A stretch of 64,000 bases of DNA from the NCBI GenBank assembly GCA_034439715.1, contig JAWXAY010000100.1, positions 55,353 through 119,352 on the forward strand, read 5' to 3'. This DNA is from Pseudomonadota bacterium (GTDB taxonomy: Bacteria; Bdellovibrionota; Bdellovibrionia; Bdellovibrionales; SG-bin7). How positions within the stretch are numbered: the first letter of the stretch is position 1; each line of letters starts with the position of its first letter. Under the pieces are notes generated by a model. That model saw nothing but the letters and a program-made list of their open reading frames with translations, was not told where the DNA came from and made no database searches. The position numbers and the translations under genes are program-made. Of the stretch, positions 29,166-39,982 are shown one piece after another.

Positions 29166-31418
29166 ATGTTGATAGATCCTGTATGTGGCATGAAAGTAGA
29201 TCCAGCAACCGCAAAAGGCGGTAGCAGCCAATATGGGGGCAAATCCTATTATTTCTGTAATTCAAAATGCCAAGGTAAATTTATTGCTAACCCTGAGAAG
29301 TATCTAAATCCCACTTCTTCAAGTTCAGCAACTGTAGATAAGGAAACCATTTACACCTGTCCCATGGATCCCCAAATCCGTCAAAAAGGGCCTGGCAATT
29401 GTCCTATTTGTGGCATGGCACTCGAGCCCGAAGAAGTTAGCCTCGAGGAAGTAGTTAATCCAGAACTCAAAGACATCACATTACGCTTAAAAATTTCTGT
29501 GGCACTGAGTCTTCCATTAATGGTTTTAGCCATGGGGCACCTCAGCGCCAAAATCCAATTTATTATGGCAACGCCTGTAGTGCTTTGGGGTGGCTTGCCA
29601 TTTTTTATGCGTGGCTGGATGTCGCTAAAAAGCCGAAATCTAAATATGTTCACTCTCATAGGCATCGGAACAGGCGTAGCCTATATTTATAGTGTTATTG
29701 CCACTTTCTTTCCTGATTTATTTCCTAGGGAATTGCGAGTTCATGGTGGCGAACCTGCAGTCTATTTTGAGGCTGCGGCAATTATCGTGACTCTCGTTCT
29801 TTTGGGTCAGGTTCTGGAACTTAAAGCTCGTAATCAAACCGGTCAGGCATTAAGGGCCTTATTGGGACTTTCTCCCAAAACCGCTCGCAAAATTGAAGCT
29901 GATGGGTCCGAAGTAGATACTCCTATTAGTCAAATTCAGGTCAGCGATAACCTTCGTGTTCGGCCCGGAGAGAAAATACCCACTGACGGCAAAATAATTG
30001 AAGGAAAAAGTACGGTTGATGAAAGCATGATTACCGGCGAGCCCATGCCGGTTGAAAAGCTTTTGGATAGTGCCGTAACCGGCGCCACGGTAAATGGTTC
30101 CGGCAGCTTTATTATGCAGGCAACGCGGGTGGGTTCAAATACGTTACTCGCGCAAATTGTAAAGTTGGTATCTCAAGCGCAAAGAAGTCGTGCCCCTATT
30201 CAAAAACTTGTAGATATGGTCTCAAGTTTTTTTGTGCCAGTGGTTATTGGAATAGCGCTTATATCCTCAGTTGTCTGGTTTTTCTTTGGACCCTCGCCTT
30301 CGATATCCTATGCCGTGGTTTGTGCCGTAACTGTACTTATAATTGCCTGTCCGTGCGCACTAGGATTGGCTACCCCCATGTCGATTATGGTGGGAATTGG
30401 AAAAGGCGCGTCTTACGGCGTACTCATAAAAAATGCGGAATCATTAGAAGTGATGGAAAAAATCACCACTCTCGTAATCGATAAGACGGGAACTTTAACA
30501 GAAGGCAAGCCCAAGCTTTCTGAAGTAAAAGCTCTGAGTGAATTTGAAAGTGATTATCTTTTAAAACTCGTGGCTTCACTTGAAAAGGCCAGCGAGCACC
30601 CACTGGCTGACGCTATAATTCAAGGAGCAAAAGAGCGAAATTTAAAAAATGTTTTAGTACAAAAATTTGATTCCATCGCGGGCATGGGTGTCAGAGGTGA
30701 ACTCGAAAATAAAACAGTATTAGTAGGCAATAAAAAATTGTTAGAAAAATTTAATGTGGTTACTGATCAGCTTTCGCCAATGGCTGAGGAGCTTCAAAAG
30801 CAAGGCCACGGTGTAATGCTCGTTGCGATTGACGGCCGCCCGGCAGGAGTGATTGCCGTTCGCGATCCGATTAAAAAGACAGCTCGTGAGGCCATTACTT
30901 ATTTTCATGAGCGAGGAATCGAAGTCATGATGGTGACGGGCGACAATCAGCACACAGCCCAGGTTGTAGCAGTTGAGCTCAAGATTGATAGCGTGATGGC
31001 AGAAGTATTGCCGGAGCAAAAATTTGACATTATCAAAAAACTTCAGGCACAAAGAAAAATTGTAGCTATGGCGGGCGATGGCATCAACGATGCGCCGGCG
31101 CTAGCTCTTGCCAATATTGGCATCGCCATGGGAACTGGCACTGACGTTGCGATGGAAAGCGCTGGCGTAACTTTGGTAAAAGGGGATCTCATGGGGATCG
31201 TGCGCGCGCATAGGCTTTCGCAGCAAACAATGAAAAATATTCGACAGAATCTTTTCTTTGCATTTTTTTACAATGCGCTGGGTGTGCCTGTTGCAGCGGG
31301 TGTACTTTATCCCTTTTTTGGAATTCTTTTAAGCCCCATGCTAGCTAGCCTTGCCATGAGCCTCAGTTCGGTTTCGGTCATTGTTAATGCTTTGCGCTTG
31401 AGGGGTTTGCGACTTTAA
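29166..31418 (+). CDS. copA: Cu(I)-translocating P1B ATPase with N-terminal YHS and heavy-metal-binding motifs
   Basis: DPVCGM, YTCPM, CPICGM, TGE, CPC, DKTGT, HP, GDGIND, YN, M..SS. Confidence 0.93.
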   Translation: MLIDPVCGMKVDPATAKGGSSQYGGKSYYFCNSKCQGKFIANPEKYLNPTSSSSATVDKETIYTCPMDPQIRQKGPGNCPICGMALEPEEVSLEEVVNPELKDITLRLKISVALSLPLMVLAMGHLSAKIQFIMATPVVLWGGLPFFMRGWMSLKSRNLNMFTLIGIGTGVAYIYSVIATFFPDLFPRELRVHGGEPAVYFEAAAIIVTLVLLGQVLELKARNQTGQALRALLGLSPKTARKIEADGSEVDTPISQIQVSDNLRVRPGEKIPTDGKIIEGKSTVDESMITGEPMPVEKLLDSAVTGATVNGSGSFIMQATRVGSNTLLAQIVKLVSQAQRSRAPIQKLVDMVSSFFVPVVIGIALISSVVWFFFGPSPSISYAVVCAVTVLIIACPCALGLATPMSIMVGIGKGASYGVLIKNAESLEVMEKITTLVIDKTGTLTEGKPKLSEVKALSEFESDYLLKLVASLEKASEHPLADAIIQGAKERNLKNVLVQKFDSIAGMGVRGELENKTVLVGNKKLLEKFNVVTDQLSPMAEELQKQGHGVMLVAIDGRPAGVIAVRDPIKKTAREAITYFHERGIEVMMVTGDNQHTAQVVAVELKIDSVMAEVLPEQKFDIIKKLQAQRKIVAMAGDGINDAPALALANIGIAMGTGTDVAMESAGVTLVKGDLMGIVRAHRLSQQTMKNIRQNLFFAFFYNALGVPVAAGVLYPFFGILLSPMLASLAMSLSSVSVIVNALRLRGLRL

Positions 31419-31540
31419 CCAAGTTCCAGAATTAGCAAATTTTTCTTAAAATCTCTTTCGGGCAGTTTTAACTAGTAATTATTTAGGCAATGTACTAACT
31501 TGCGCCACAGTCAACCCCACCGACCATATATGGAGTAAAA

Positions 31541-33307
31541 GTGAATACTTTCGATGATTTAGGCCTCAGCCCCGAAATATTAAGAGCCGTTCATGAACTT
31601 GGATATGAAAAGCCAAGCGCCATTCAAGCCGAGACGTTACCTATTTTACTTGGCCCTCCATCAGACTTTATCGGAATCGCTGCCACGGGCACGGGTAAAA
31701 CCGCTGCATTTGGCATTCCCATGTTAGAAAAAATTGATGCAACAAAAAAATCTGTGCAGGGGCTCATCATGTGTCCAACGAGAGAGTTGGCATTACAGGT
31801 ATGTGGTCAAATCAATCTTTTGGGTAAATTTAGAGGTATCAAAGCAATTCCAGTTTATGGTGGCGCTAGTTTAATGGACCAAGCCCGTGGACTACGTAAT
31901 GGGGCGCAAATTGTTGTAGGTACGCCGGGGCGACTTATTGATCACTTGGAGCGCACAACACTTAAACTTCAAGATGTTCAAATGATCGTGCTTGATGAAG
32001 CTGACGAAATGATTTCAATGGGATTCAAAGAAGATCTCGAAACGATTTTACAAGCCTCTCCGCGCGAAAAATCACAAATCTGGTTATTTTCGGCAACGAT
32101 GGACCGAGAAGTTTCTCGTGTGGCAGATACCTACTTACGAAATGCTAAGCAAGTAAAATCCAATCGCAACGAAATGTTATCTACAACCGTCGAGCAGATT
32201 TTTTATCCAACACGTGAAGGTGATAAACCTGAAATCCTCGTGAAAATTATCGAAATGGCCGAAAAATTTTATGGCCTCATTTTTTGTCAAACAAAGGCCT
32301 TGGTTGTCGATCTAACTCACTATTTGAATAGTCGTGGGTACCGTGTCGACTGCCTTCACGGTGATAAGACACAAAGTGATCGTGAGCGAACAATGCAATC
32401 GTTTCGCGATCGAAAAGTTTCTATACTCATTTGCACTGATGTAGCGTCGCGTGGTTTAGATGTTAAAGATATTACTCATGTGATCAATTATTCTATTCCG
32501 CGAGAGCTTGATGTTTATATTCATCGTATTGGCCGAACCGCACGAGTTGGTAAAGCCGGGGTCGCCATAAGTCTTGTGACACCCAGTCATCGAAATCTCG
32601 TTGGCCGAATAGAAAATATGACGAAAAGTAAAATTAAAGAAGGCAAAATTCCGACGCGAAAAGATATTGGCAGTAAAAAAGTAGCTAAAATCTTGCCCGC
32701 CTTTCAAGCGCAAACTTTTTTTGCTCGTGCGGTTGAACATTTAGGTGATGATTGGAAAGCCGTAATTGGTAGTATGCCCGTTGAAGAAGTGGTTGGCAGA
32801 TTCTTAACTTTGATGTCTCCTGAAGTTTTCAAAGATCAAGAAAAACTAAAAATGTTGCAACAATCACCAGGCCGTCCGGAATTAGCGGACAGGTCGGGCT
32901 CGGACAAACGCGATCGCAATCGAGACCGAGACCGAGACCGAGACCGAAATCGAGACGAGCGCGCGCCTCGCCGCGATGAACATCGCCCGCCTCGCCGCGA
33001 ATTTAGTGGTCCCCCGCGCCGCGACCGTGATGACCGCGCGCCTCGCCGCGATGAACATCGCCCACCTCGCCGCGAATTTAGTAGTCCCCCAGCGCGTGAT
33101 CGTGATGACCGCGCCCCTCGGCGTAGTGATGAAGCTCCGCCGCGGCGAATTGCTGGTGCAGGTGTTGGTGGCGAAAGACCCCCGATTCGCAGCCAAAAAA
33201 ATGACCAAAAAAATTACCAGAGACGCGATGAGCGCTCTGGCGAGCGCCGCGATAATCAGCATTGGAAAAAGAATAAACCCGCTGGAAGTCATCGCACCGA
33301 TCGCTAA
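31541..33307 (+). CDS. DEAD-box RNA helicase (DeaD/CshA-like) with Arg/Asp-rich tail
   Basis: TGTGKT, PTRELA, DEAD, SAT, HRIGRTAR. Confidence 0.93.
   Translation: MNTFDDLGLSPEILRAVHELGYEKPSAIQAETLPILLGPPSDFIGIAATGTGKTAAFGIPMLEKIDATKKSVQGLIMCPTRELALQVCGQINLLGKFRGIKAIPVYGGASLMDQARGLRNGAQIVVGTPGRLIDHLERTTLKLQDVQMIVLDEADEMISMGFKEDLETILQASPREKSQIWLFSATMDREVSRVADTYLRNAKQVKSNRNEMLSTTVEQIFYPTREGDKPEILVKIIEMAEKFYGLIFCQTKALVVDLTHYLNSRGYRVDCLHGDKTQSDRERTMQSFRDRKVSILICTDVASRGLDVKDITHVINYSIPRELDVYIHRIGRTARVGKAGVAISLVTPSHRNLVGRIENMTKSKIKEGKIPTRKDIGSKKVAKILPAFQAQTFFARAVEHLGDDWKAVIGSMPVEEVVGRFLTLMSPEVFKDQEKLKMLQQSPGRPELADRSGSDKRDRNRDRDRDRDRNRDERAPRRDEHRPPRREFSGPPRRDRDDRAPRRDEHRPPRREFSSPPARDRDDRAPRRSDEAPPRRIAGAGVGGERPPIRSQKNDQKNYQRRDERSGERRDNQHWKKNKPAGSHRTDR
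32921..33135 (+). repeat. intragenic repeats: (CGAGAC)x4 and a 75-bp tandem repeat (~2.2 copies)
   Basis: Units begin at 32960, 33035 and 33110 and encode RAPRRDEHRPPRREFSxPPxRDRDD. Confidence 0.9.
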
Positions 33308-33328
33308 TTTGTGATCTAATATTCTCAA

Positions 33329-34561
33329 ATGAGTAATGAGTCTTTTAGCAAGGATCAAAAGCGAGCCTGGGAATTACTCCAGAGTGAATACAATGTTTTT
33401 GTGACCGGCGAAGCTGGTAGCGGCAAAAGTTATATCATCCGTCACTTTATGTTAAACCGAGACGTTAAAAAATTTCCTGTTTTAGCTAGTACAGGCGCCG
33501 CTGCCGTATTAGTTGGTGGCCGCACCTTTCACAGTTTTATGGGGCTGGGAATTATGGAGGGAGGAGTTGATGCCACTGTGGAGCGAGCTCGCCTCGATCG
33601 TCGCTTACGTAAGCGATTGCGTGATGCTGAAGGCTTTATTGTTGATGAAGTTTCGATGTTGTCGGGTCCCATGTTGCAGGCTGCCGAGAGGATTTGTCGC
33701 ATGTGTCGCGAGGTTGAAGAGCCATGGGGTGGACTGAGAGTGATTGCTGTTGGAGATTTTGCGCAGTTGCCCCCCGTTCAACAAGGAAACCAGCCTCGGT
33801 CTTGGGCCTTTTTGGATTCGGTTTGGGAGATGACAAACTTTCAAGCAGTGGTACTAAAGCAAAATATGCGAAGTGGTGACGGTGAATTTCTCACGATCCT
33901 CAATGATATTCGCCGTGGTAAAGTTAATGATGTCGTCGAGACTTTTTTGAATCGGAAAACGATAACTCCTGAAGAAATTTTTGAGGGAACTCGGCTTTTT
34001 CCAAGACGAATTCAAACAGATGCCTATAACAGTCGGGAACTTGAAAAATTACCGGGTAATGTGACTTGTTTTCAATCGGTGTATTCGGGTAAGGCCAAAG
34101 CCATTGAACAATTAAAAAAACACTCGCCTTTACCCGATGAACTTTTTGTAAAAACCAATGCGTTGGTGATGTTGCGCCAAAATGATCCTAAGCAGCGCTG
34201 GGTTAATGGTAGCACGGGGTATATTCGTCAAATTTCAAAGATTGAAATTTCAATTGAACTTTTAAATGGCCGCATGATCAAAATTGAACCGGCGAGTTTT
34301 TCATTACTTGATGCCGAAGGTATTCCTGTCGCAGCGGTTACCAACTTTCCGATTTCATTAGCTTACGCAGCGACTATTCACAAAGCGCAGGGCATGACAC
34401 TCGATCGCTTAATGGTAAACCTCAATGCCTTGTGGGAACCCGGGCAAGCTTATGTAGCTCTTAGTCGGGTGATTGATCCCGTTCATTTACGGATTGAAGC
34501 CTGGCAAGAAAAGTCGATTAAGGCCGACCCCATTGTCGAAAAATTTTATCAGAGTTTATAA
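33329..34561 (+). CDS. Pif1-family DNA helicase
   Basis: GEAGSGKS, DEVSM, GDFAQLPPV, FPISLAYAATIHKAQG, GQAYVALSR. Confidence 0.92.
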   Translation: MSNESFSKDQKRAWELLQSEYNVFVTGEAGSGKSYIIRHFMLNRDVKKFPVLASTGAAAVLVGGRTFHSFMGLGIMEGGVDATVERARLDRRLRKRLRDAEGFIVDEVSMLSGPMLQAAERICRMCREVEEPWGGLRVIAVGDFAQLPPVQQGNQPRSWAFLDSVWEMTNFQAVVLKQNMRSGDGEFLTILNDIRRGKVNDVVETFLNRKTITPEEIFEGTRLFPRRIQTDAYNSRELEKLPGNVTCFQSVYSGKAKAIEQLKKHSPLPDELFVKTNALVMLRQNDPKQRWVNGSTGYIRQISKIEISIELLNGRMIKIEPASFSLLDAEGIPVAAVTNFPISLAYAATIHKAQGMTLDRLMVNLNALWEPGQAYVALSRVIDPVHLRIEAWQEKSIKADPIVEKFYQSL

Positions 34562-35088
34562 CGTTTAATTTCAGTCTGCTCACTTTTATTTCCCGCACTT
34601 ATAGTGAGTAATTGATCATCGTAAAGTAGTTGCCAGCGTACGTCTCGGGGCAAATCCACTCCCAATGCTTCTAAAAATTTTGGCTTAAAGGCATAAATTT
34701 CAATTTTTTCAGAGTTATGAATTTCTTTGGACTGTGCTTCACGCAAGATATGTTCAGGATCTTTATAGGTATATATTTTTACTTGGGCAGCGGCCTTTGC
34801 AGCTTTATGAAGTTTTCGTGCGCTGGGATTTCCGATTTCAATCCACAGACTGATTCGGCCATTGGCGTGATTTGCTGATATCGATGGACCCTCGGGATCA
34901 CTTAAACCACTACGCGAAAACTCCAATCCTTCTTGCGTATTTAAGCAAAATGCTAAAACGCGCGTCAGCAGATACAGCATTGATTCTGACGGATGCATTG
35001 CTAAGCGAAAATCCAGTTTTTCGTAAACTCCGCGCTCGATGTCAGAGACATCAATACGAAATCGATACAATGTTGTTGAGACGCTCAT
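34549..35088 (-). CDS. yaeQ: YaeQ family protein
   Basis: AMHPSES..Y...R.LA, GLSDPEGP, WIEIG.P. Confidence 0.92.
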   Translation of the reverse strand: MSVSTTLYRFRIDVSDIERGVYEKLDFRLAMHPSESMLYLLTRVLAFCLNTQEGLEFSRSGLSDPEGPSISANHANGRISLWIEIGNPSARKLHKAAKAAAQVKIYTYKDPEHILREAQSKEIHNSEKIEIYAFKPKFLEALGVDLPRDVRWQLLYDDQLLTISAGNKSEQTEIKRYKL

Positions 35089-35739
35089 CTATAGATCGAT
35101 TCCTAATGATAGATTTTCGGCAATCTTTGCATTTTTAGCGAGGATTTCAACGCCAATTGCATTGAACCCGAGTTCATTTGCAACAGCTAGAACTGCGCCG
35201 TGTCCACAAAAAGGATCGACTATAGTGCGTGTGTTTGTGTGTTCCAAAACAAACTGGCAGGCCAGACGACAGGCTTCAACACCCATGCCACGAATCCACG
35301 TGACGTTTCCGGCGGTAGGCAAAACGTCAGCTGAAGGTTTGGAAATGTCGGGGCGAATGTTTTTAGAAAAACAAAGTAAGTGAGAATAGCTGGGCCGACC
35401 ACGCGTTGTTATGCCGGCCGGTACACGACAAACAATTTTGTGACCTATTAACTCATGACCAACTTGTTCGGCAGCTTTTTGGATGAGGTAAGATTTGTCG
35501 ATCCAAGCGCCTTGAACCTTAATGTCCGACTGATAGAAAATCGTAACACCATCATCGGAACATCGAGAAAGTACTAATGCCGCTGTGCTGACAAACCAAG
35601 TCTTCCATTCGCTGAGATTGAATTTAGGAAATTCAGAAATGTCGGGCAGCGAGGTAATAATCGAACAACCCACCAGCGTGGTTTGGTTTTCAAGCCAGCT
35701 GAGTGCATCGGCATGATGAATTATACGTGTTGTTTCCAT
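35089..35739 (-). CDS. SAM-dependent methyltransferase (N4/N6-MTase-like layout)
   Basis: ADALSWL, ITSLPD, C-terminal VDPFCGHG...A..GVE. Confidence 0.8.
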   Translation of the reverse strand: METTRIIHHADALSWLENQTTLVGCSIITSLPDISEFPKFNLSEWKTWFVSTAALVLSRCSDDGVTIFYQSDIKVQGAWIDKSYLIQKAAEQVGHELIGHKIVCRVPAGITTRGRPSYSHLLCFSKNIRPDISKPSADVLPTAGNVTWIRGMGVEACRLACQFVLEHTNTRTIVDPFCGHGAVLAVANELGFNAIGVEILAKNAKIAENLSLGIDL

Positions 35740-35829
35740 ATATTTTGTGGATTTCCTTTGTCATTTTAGGCTTACATAAATTCCCTAACAGGGCTAGTTT
35801 AAACTTAGATTATGTGCTACAGATTCGTT

Positions 35830-36903
35830 ATGTCGCCATTGTCGATTTCAAAAACTAAATCGTTTAAAAATAAGCCTAGTGCCAGAGATCTTGGTTTTGG
35901 TAAGTATTTTTCCGACCATATGTTCCAAGTAAATTATTCCGAAGGTAGGAGCTGGCATTCACCACGAATTACTCCGTATGAACCACTACTTATTGAACCT
36001 GGCGCTTCGGTGTTGCATTATGGACAAGCGTTATTTGAGGGAATGAAGAGCTTTAGACAAACAGATGGCACCACCATTTTATTTCGTCCTGAATTCAATG
36101 CCAAAAGACTACAAAGTGGCGCTGAGCGGCTTTGCATGCAGGTGCCGCCAACCGAGCTGATGCTTGAGGGAATTCGTACTTTAGTTAAGACGGATCAAGA
36201 CTGGATTCCTCGAGAGAAGGGGACATCTTTATATATTCGGCCCACGTTAATTGGGACGGAGTCATTTTTAGGCGTCAGGCCGTCAAAAGAATATTTATTT
36301 TATGTGATTTGTTGTCCTGTGGGCTCATATTATGCGACAGGTGCTGATCCCATAAAAATTTGGGTTGAAGACAAGTATGTGCGCGCTTCGCTGGGCGGCT
36401 TAGGTGCCACTAAAGCTGGGGCCAATTATGCCGCCAGTCTTAAGGCAGCTCTTGAAGCTAAGAAGAGGGGCTATGCTCAAGTATTGTGGCTCGACGTCAC
36501 TCATCAGTACATCGAAGAAGTTGGCACCATGAACGTTTTTTTTGTTTTCGAAAACGAGATTGTGACACCAGCCCTTAACGGATCTATTTTGTCGGGTGGA
36601 GTTCGTGATTGTGTGATTACATTGCTCAAACATTACGGTTTAAAAATTACAGAACGTGAATTGTCTATGCAAGAAGTTATTGAGACCCACGCTGGTGGAA
36701 AGCTTAAAGAAATCTTTGGTACTGGCACTGCGGCAGTGATTTCTCCAGTAGGTGAGTTAGCCTCAGAAAAATTTGATTTAAAAATAAATAGTGGCGTGCG
36801 TGGCCCCATTGCCGCTCGTCTTTATCAAGACATAAGTGATATTCAATACGGTGATAAACCTGACCTGTTTAAATGGACCGAAAAGATTTTTAGAGCTACC
36901 TAG
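35830..36903 (+). CDS. ilvE: branched-chain amino acid aminotransferase
   Basis: LHYGQALFEGMK, YIRP, KAGANY, EEVGTMN, GTAAVISP. Confidence 0.95.
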   Translation: MSPLSISKTKSFKNKPSARDLGFGKYFSDHMFQVNYSEGRSWHSPRITPYEPLLIEPGASVLHYGQALFEGMKSFRQTDGTTILFRPEFNAKRLQSGAERLCMQVPPTELMLEGIRTLVKTDQDWIPREKGTSLYIRPTLIGTESFLGVRPSKEYLFYVICCPVGSYYATGADPIKIWVEDKYVRASLGGLGATKAGANYAASLKAALEAKKRGYAQVLWLDVTHQYIEEVGTMNVFFVFENEIVTPALNGSILSGGVRDCVITLLKHYGLKITERELSMQEVIETHAGGKLKEIFGTGTAAVISPVGELASEKFDLKINSGVRGPIAARLYQDISDIQYGDKPDLFKWTEKIFRAT

Positions 36904-38038
36904 ATATAGCTTTTGCGGTATTTTTTGTTTTAGCGCGAATACTGTCTAAACGGTCGACCAGATTCTGATCCCGTTCAGTCACAAAATTGACAACCAAACC
37001 TTTACGACCTGCACGTGCTGTACGGCCTACTCGGTGAATGTAGTTCTCCATCTGATGAGGCATGTGATAGTTTATCACGCGACCAACACATTCTAGGTCT
37101 AATCCTCGCGATGCCAAGTCGGTAGAAATTAACAGGCCGATTTTACCGTCACGGAATTCTTTTAGGTTAGAGCGACGTTCGACTTTGTCCATCTCACCTC
37201 GGTAAATGGCACATTTGCGGCCAGTTTGCTTGATGAGGTCGGCAAGTTTATCGCATTGTTCGCGAGTGTTGGTGAAGATCAATGTACCCCCTTTTACAGG
37301 GTCGCTCAATAAGTCTTCGAGGATAGGTAAGCGCTTGCCGTCAATGACGATTTGATTTCTCGTAGTCAGACTTGGTACCACTCGATGATGGCCCTCGCTG
37401 CGGATTACTTCGGCTTCTGAGAAAAGTTCATTCATGAGTTCCTGCACAGCGGGCGATATAGTTGCCGAGAATAAAGCGAGTTGGCGTTCGGGAGGGCAGT
37501 CCTTAACAATTCGCGTGGCGTCGGGCAGAAAGCCCTGGTCCAACATTTGATCGGCCTCGTCGAATACAAGGACGCGAATGTCGCTTAAATTTATTAAACC
37601 GCGCTCAAGGAGCTTTACTAAGCGTCCTGGGGTGGCGACTAGAATCTCGAAGGGTCCCTTAATATTATTCTTAGCGACGTCTAAAGTGGTGCCGCCAAGA
37701 ACCGATCGCACACGCAGGCGCGTCGTATGAGTAAAAACTTTAAATACTCGAGAGACTTGCTCTCCGAGCTCACGGGTGGGGACAATCACTGCCGCACGAG
37801 GTTGGCTATCTTTCGTGACCGCTTGCCCAGAACTTTCTAATCGCTTTAGCATATTCAAAACAGGTAGTGCATAAGCTAAGGTCTTGCCACTGCCGGTTTC
37901 AGCCACGCCCACTACAGAGCGTCCGCCCAAAAGTGCGGGAAGCGCCCGATTCTGGATTTCGGTGGGTTTCGCCATGCTCTTTTCGCTCAATGTCGCTTGG
38001 AGAGTTGGGAGTAAGTCGAAATCAGTAAATTTGCTCAT
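36896..38038 (-). CDS. DEAD-box RNA helicase
   Basis: AETGSGKT, PTREL, DEAD, SAT, HRVGRTAR. Confidence 0.93.
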   Translation of the reverse strand: MSKFTDFDLLPTLQATLSEKSMAKPTEIQNRALPALLGGRSVVGVAETGSGKTLAYALPVLNMLKRLESSGQAVTKDSQPRAAVIVPTRELGEQVSRVFKVFTHTTRLRVRSVLGGTTLDVAKNNIKGPFEILVATPGRLVKLLERGLINLSDIRVLVFDEADQMLDQGFLPDATRIVKDCPPERQLALFSATISPAVQELMNELFSEAEVIRSEGHHRVVPSLTTRNQIVIDGKRLPILEDLLSDPVKGGTLIFTNTREQCDKLADLIKQTGRKCAIYRGEMDKVERRSNLKEFRDGKIGLLISTDLASRGLDLECVGRVINYHMPHQMENYIHRVGRTARAGRKGLVVNFVTERDQNLVDRLDSIRAKTKNTAKAISR

Positions 38039-38080
38039 TGGTAAGGAAGTAGCAGGTTATATATATTCGGTCATGTAAAA

Positions 38081-38626
38081 CTAGGCCGAACAACACTTTT
38101 TATATTTTTTACCGCTGCCACAAGGGCAAGCGTCATTGCGGCCGACCTTGGCGGACTCTCGTACCATTGGCTGAGTTTTTTCATGGTGATGTTGGTGGCC
38201 TTCTCCGTCTTCGTGAGTATGAGACTCCCCATCAACAAAACGCCACTCGCCTTTTCCATTTCTTTGGAACTGAGACACTTCGTGATGCTCATAAGTCTTT
38301 TCTTTGTGGCTATAGGTCGCCGCAAATTCAACAGTGCCAGTTTTGTCGGACTCTTTACCCAAATCGGTCGAAATAATTTTCAAGCCCTTCCACTCTGACT
38401 GATTAGCCCACTCCTTGGCAGCGACTGGGTCAAAATCTTTCGAGGAAGCGGTGGCCAGAGTCTTTTTAATATAGTCGAGTTCGGAAATCGCGTAGGCTGT
38501 GTACCTCGAACGCATCAAGGCCTCTGCCGTGGGCGGCAAGGATTTGCCGCTAATAAATGGCGCGCAGCAGGTTTCATAATCTCGCTCGGTGCCGCAAGGG
38601 CAGAGTTTTGAATCTTTGTTGTTCAT
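38081..38626 (-). CDS. ychJ: YchJ family protein with SEC-C motifs
   Basis: CPCG...[34 protein letters not shown]. Confidence 0.92.
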   Translation of the reverse strand: MNNKDSKLCPCGTERDYETCCAPFISGKSLPPTAEALMRSRYTAYAISELDYIKKTLATASSKDFDPVAAKEWANQSEWKGLKIISTDLGKESDKTGTVEFAATYSHKEKTYEHHEVSQFQRNGKGEWRFVDGESHTHEDGEGHQHHHEKTQPMVRESAKVGRNDACPCGSGKKYKKCCSA

Positions 38627-39360
38627 TGTTTAAACCTCGGTGAAATTAAGTCTACCACATGAATACCTTGGTCAACAATCTGCCATTGCACGTCGAAGTC
38701 AAAAAGTCTAAAGGCAAACTTGCGACCTTCACTTTCAGGCTCAATTATCGGAAGGGCTTGCCGCTGAGAGGTGGGTCGGGGATCTAATTCTAGCATTTGT
38801 ACTAGCAATTCTTTGAGATCAGGATGTTGGGAAGTTGCAGACTGTTTAATCGCTGACAGACTTCGGGATGAAAAAGTTACCGGGTATTTGGGAATCGCAT
38901 TTATAGCCCAACCTGATTTAGCCTCGGGAATGCTGTCGGCATATGAAAGATAGGGCTTAATGTCGAGAAGGGGCGAACCATCCAAAATATCAAGGCCACT
39001 GACATGAATTTCAATTCCGTTTTTGGCCACTAAATCAATTCGTTCAAGTTTTAAAGCTGACTGACCAATGGGATTGGGTCGATGGGGAGAGCGAGAGGCA
39101 AAAACCCCGACGCGGTTGGGTCCATCGAGTCGAGGCGGGTTTACTGTGGGATGCCAAGGCGTTTCAATATTTTTATGAAAAACATAAAGAACCCAAACAT
39201 GAGAAAATCCTTCTAGATCTTTAACCGCAAGAGAGAAAGCAGGATTTGGATCTAACTTTAGTACGCCAAGTGCCTGACTCATCATTAAAGATTGGCGAGC
39301 CACCCCAAATTTTTCTTTAAAACAACTATGTATAACTCCGATCTGAGAAAATTCAAACAT
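38623..39360 (-). CDS. trmO: tRNA (t6A37) N6-methyltransferase TrmO
   Basis: [37 protein letters not shown]. Confidence 0.92.
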   Translation of the reverse strand: MFEFSQIGVIHSCFKEKFGVARQSLMMSQALGVLKLDPNPAFSLAVKDLEGFSHVWVLYVFHKNIETPWHPTVNPPRLDGPNRVGVFASRSPHRPNPIGQSALKLERIDLVAKNGIEIHVSGLDILDGSPLLDIKPYLSYADSIPEAKSGWAINAIPKYPVTFSSRSLSAIKQSATSQHPDLKELLVQMLELDPRPTSQRQALPIIEPESEGRKFAFRLFDFDVQWQIVDQGIHVVDLISPRFKQ

Positions 39361-39363
39361 TGG

Positions 39364-39939
39364 CTATTTCACCATGGTCTCTTCGATTCGCCGGTCTGGG
39401 ATTAGCCACATTATCGTCACAAAGATATAAAAAACTATGGCCAACCATGAAACAAAAAACGAAACAAGAATGGCCAGTGCATAGATGCCCAGAGAAATTC
39501 TACCTTTAGTGTCGCTGCCAAGCGCCTTACTTAAAGTAGAGTTTGCGCCGTGGTGAGCGAGTAGAGTTTGGCTAAGAAAAAAATATGCGACAGCAGTAAA
39601 AAAAAGAACTACCCCATAAAGTGCTACGGGTAGTGCCGCAAAGTTACTCTCACTCATCCAGTTGGTAACAAAAGGAACAAGGGAGAGCCAGAACAGCAAA
39701 TGCATGTTTGCCCAAAGAATCGGGCCATTCACTTTGTGGGTAGCTTGCAACAAGTGGTGGTGGTTGTTCCAATAAATACCTATAAAAACAAAACTCAAAA
39801 CATAACCCAGAAAGACAGGTAAGATGGGTTTTAAAGATTCAAAATCATGGCCAAGTGGAATTTTCAGCTCCAAGACCATAATAGTAATAATGATCGCAAT
39901 AACTCCATCACTGAAAGCTTCAAGCCGATTTTTACTCAT
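39364..39939 (-). CDS. TMEM175 family K+ channel
   Basis: RLEAFSDGVIAIIITIMVLEL, YWNNHH. Confidence 0.93.
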   Translation of the reverse strand: MSKNRLEAFSDGVIAIIITIMVLELKIPLGHDFESLKPILPVFLGYVLSFVFIGIYWNNHHHLLQATHKVNGPILWANMHLLFWLSLVPFVTNWMSESNFAALPVALYGVVLFFTAVAYFFLSQTLLAHHGANSTLSKALGSDTKGRISLGIYALAILVSFFVSWLAIVFYIFVTIMWLIPDRRIEETMVK

Positions 39940-39982
39940 AAAGCCTCCCAGAGTGAATGCTGTCTCTGATTAAATTTAAAAA

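Noticed and set aside
32921..33135. Repeats as a possible CRISPR array
   Set aside because: In-frame coding tandem repeats with no unique spacers and no cas genes
32882..33358. 158-aa antisense ORF
   Set aside because: Shadow of the GC-rich helicase repeat
33329..34561. Pif1 helicase as a mobile-element marker
   Set aside because: No integrase, transposase, phage genes or terminal repeats nearby
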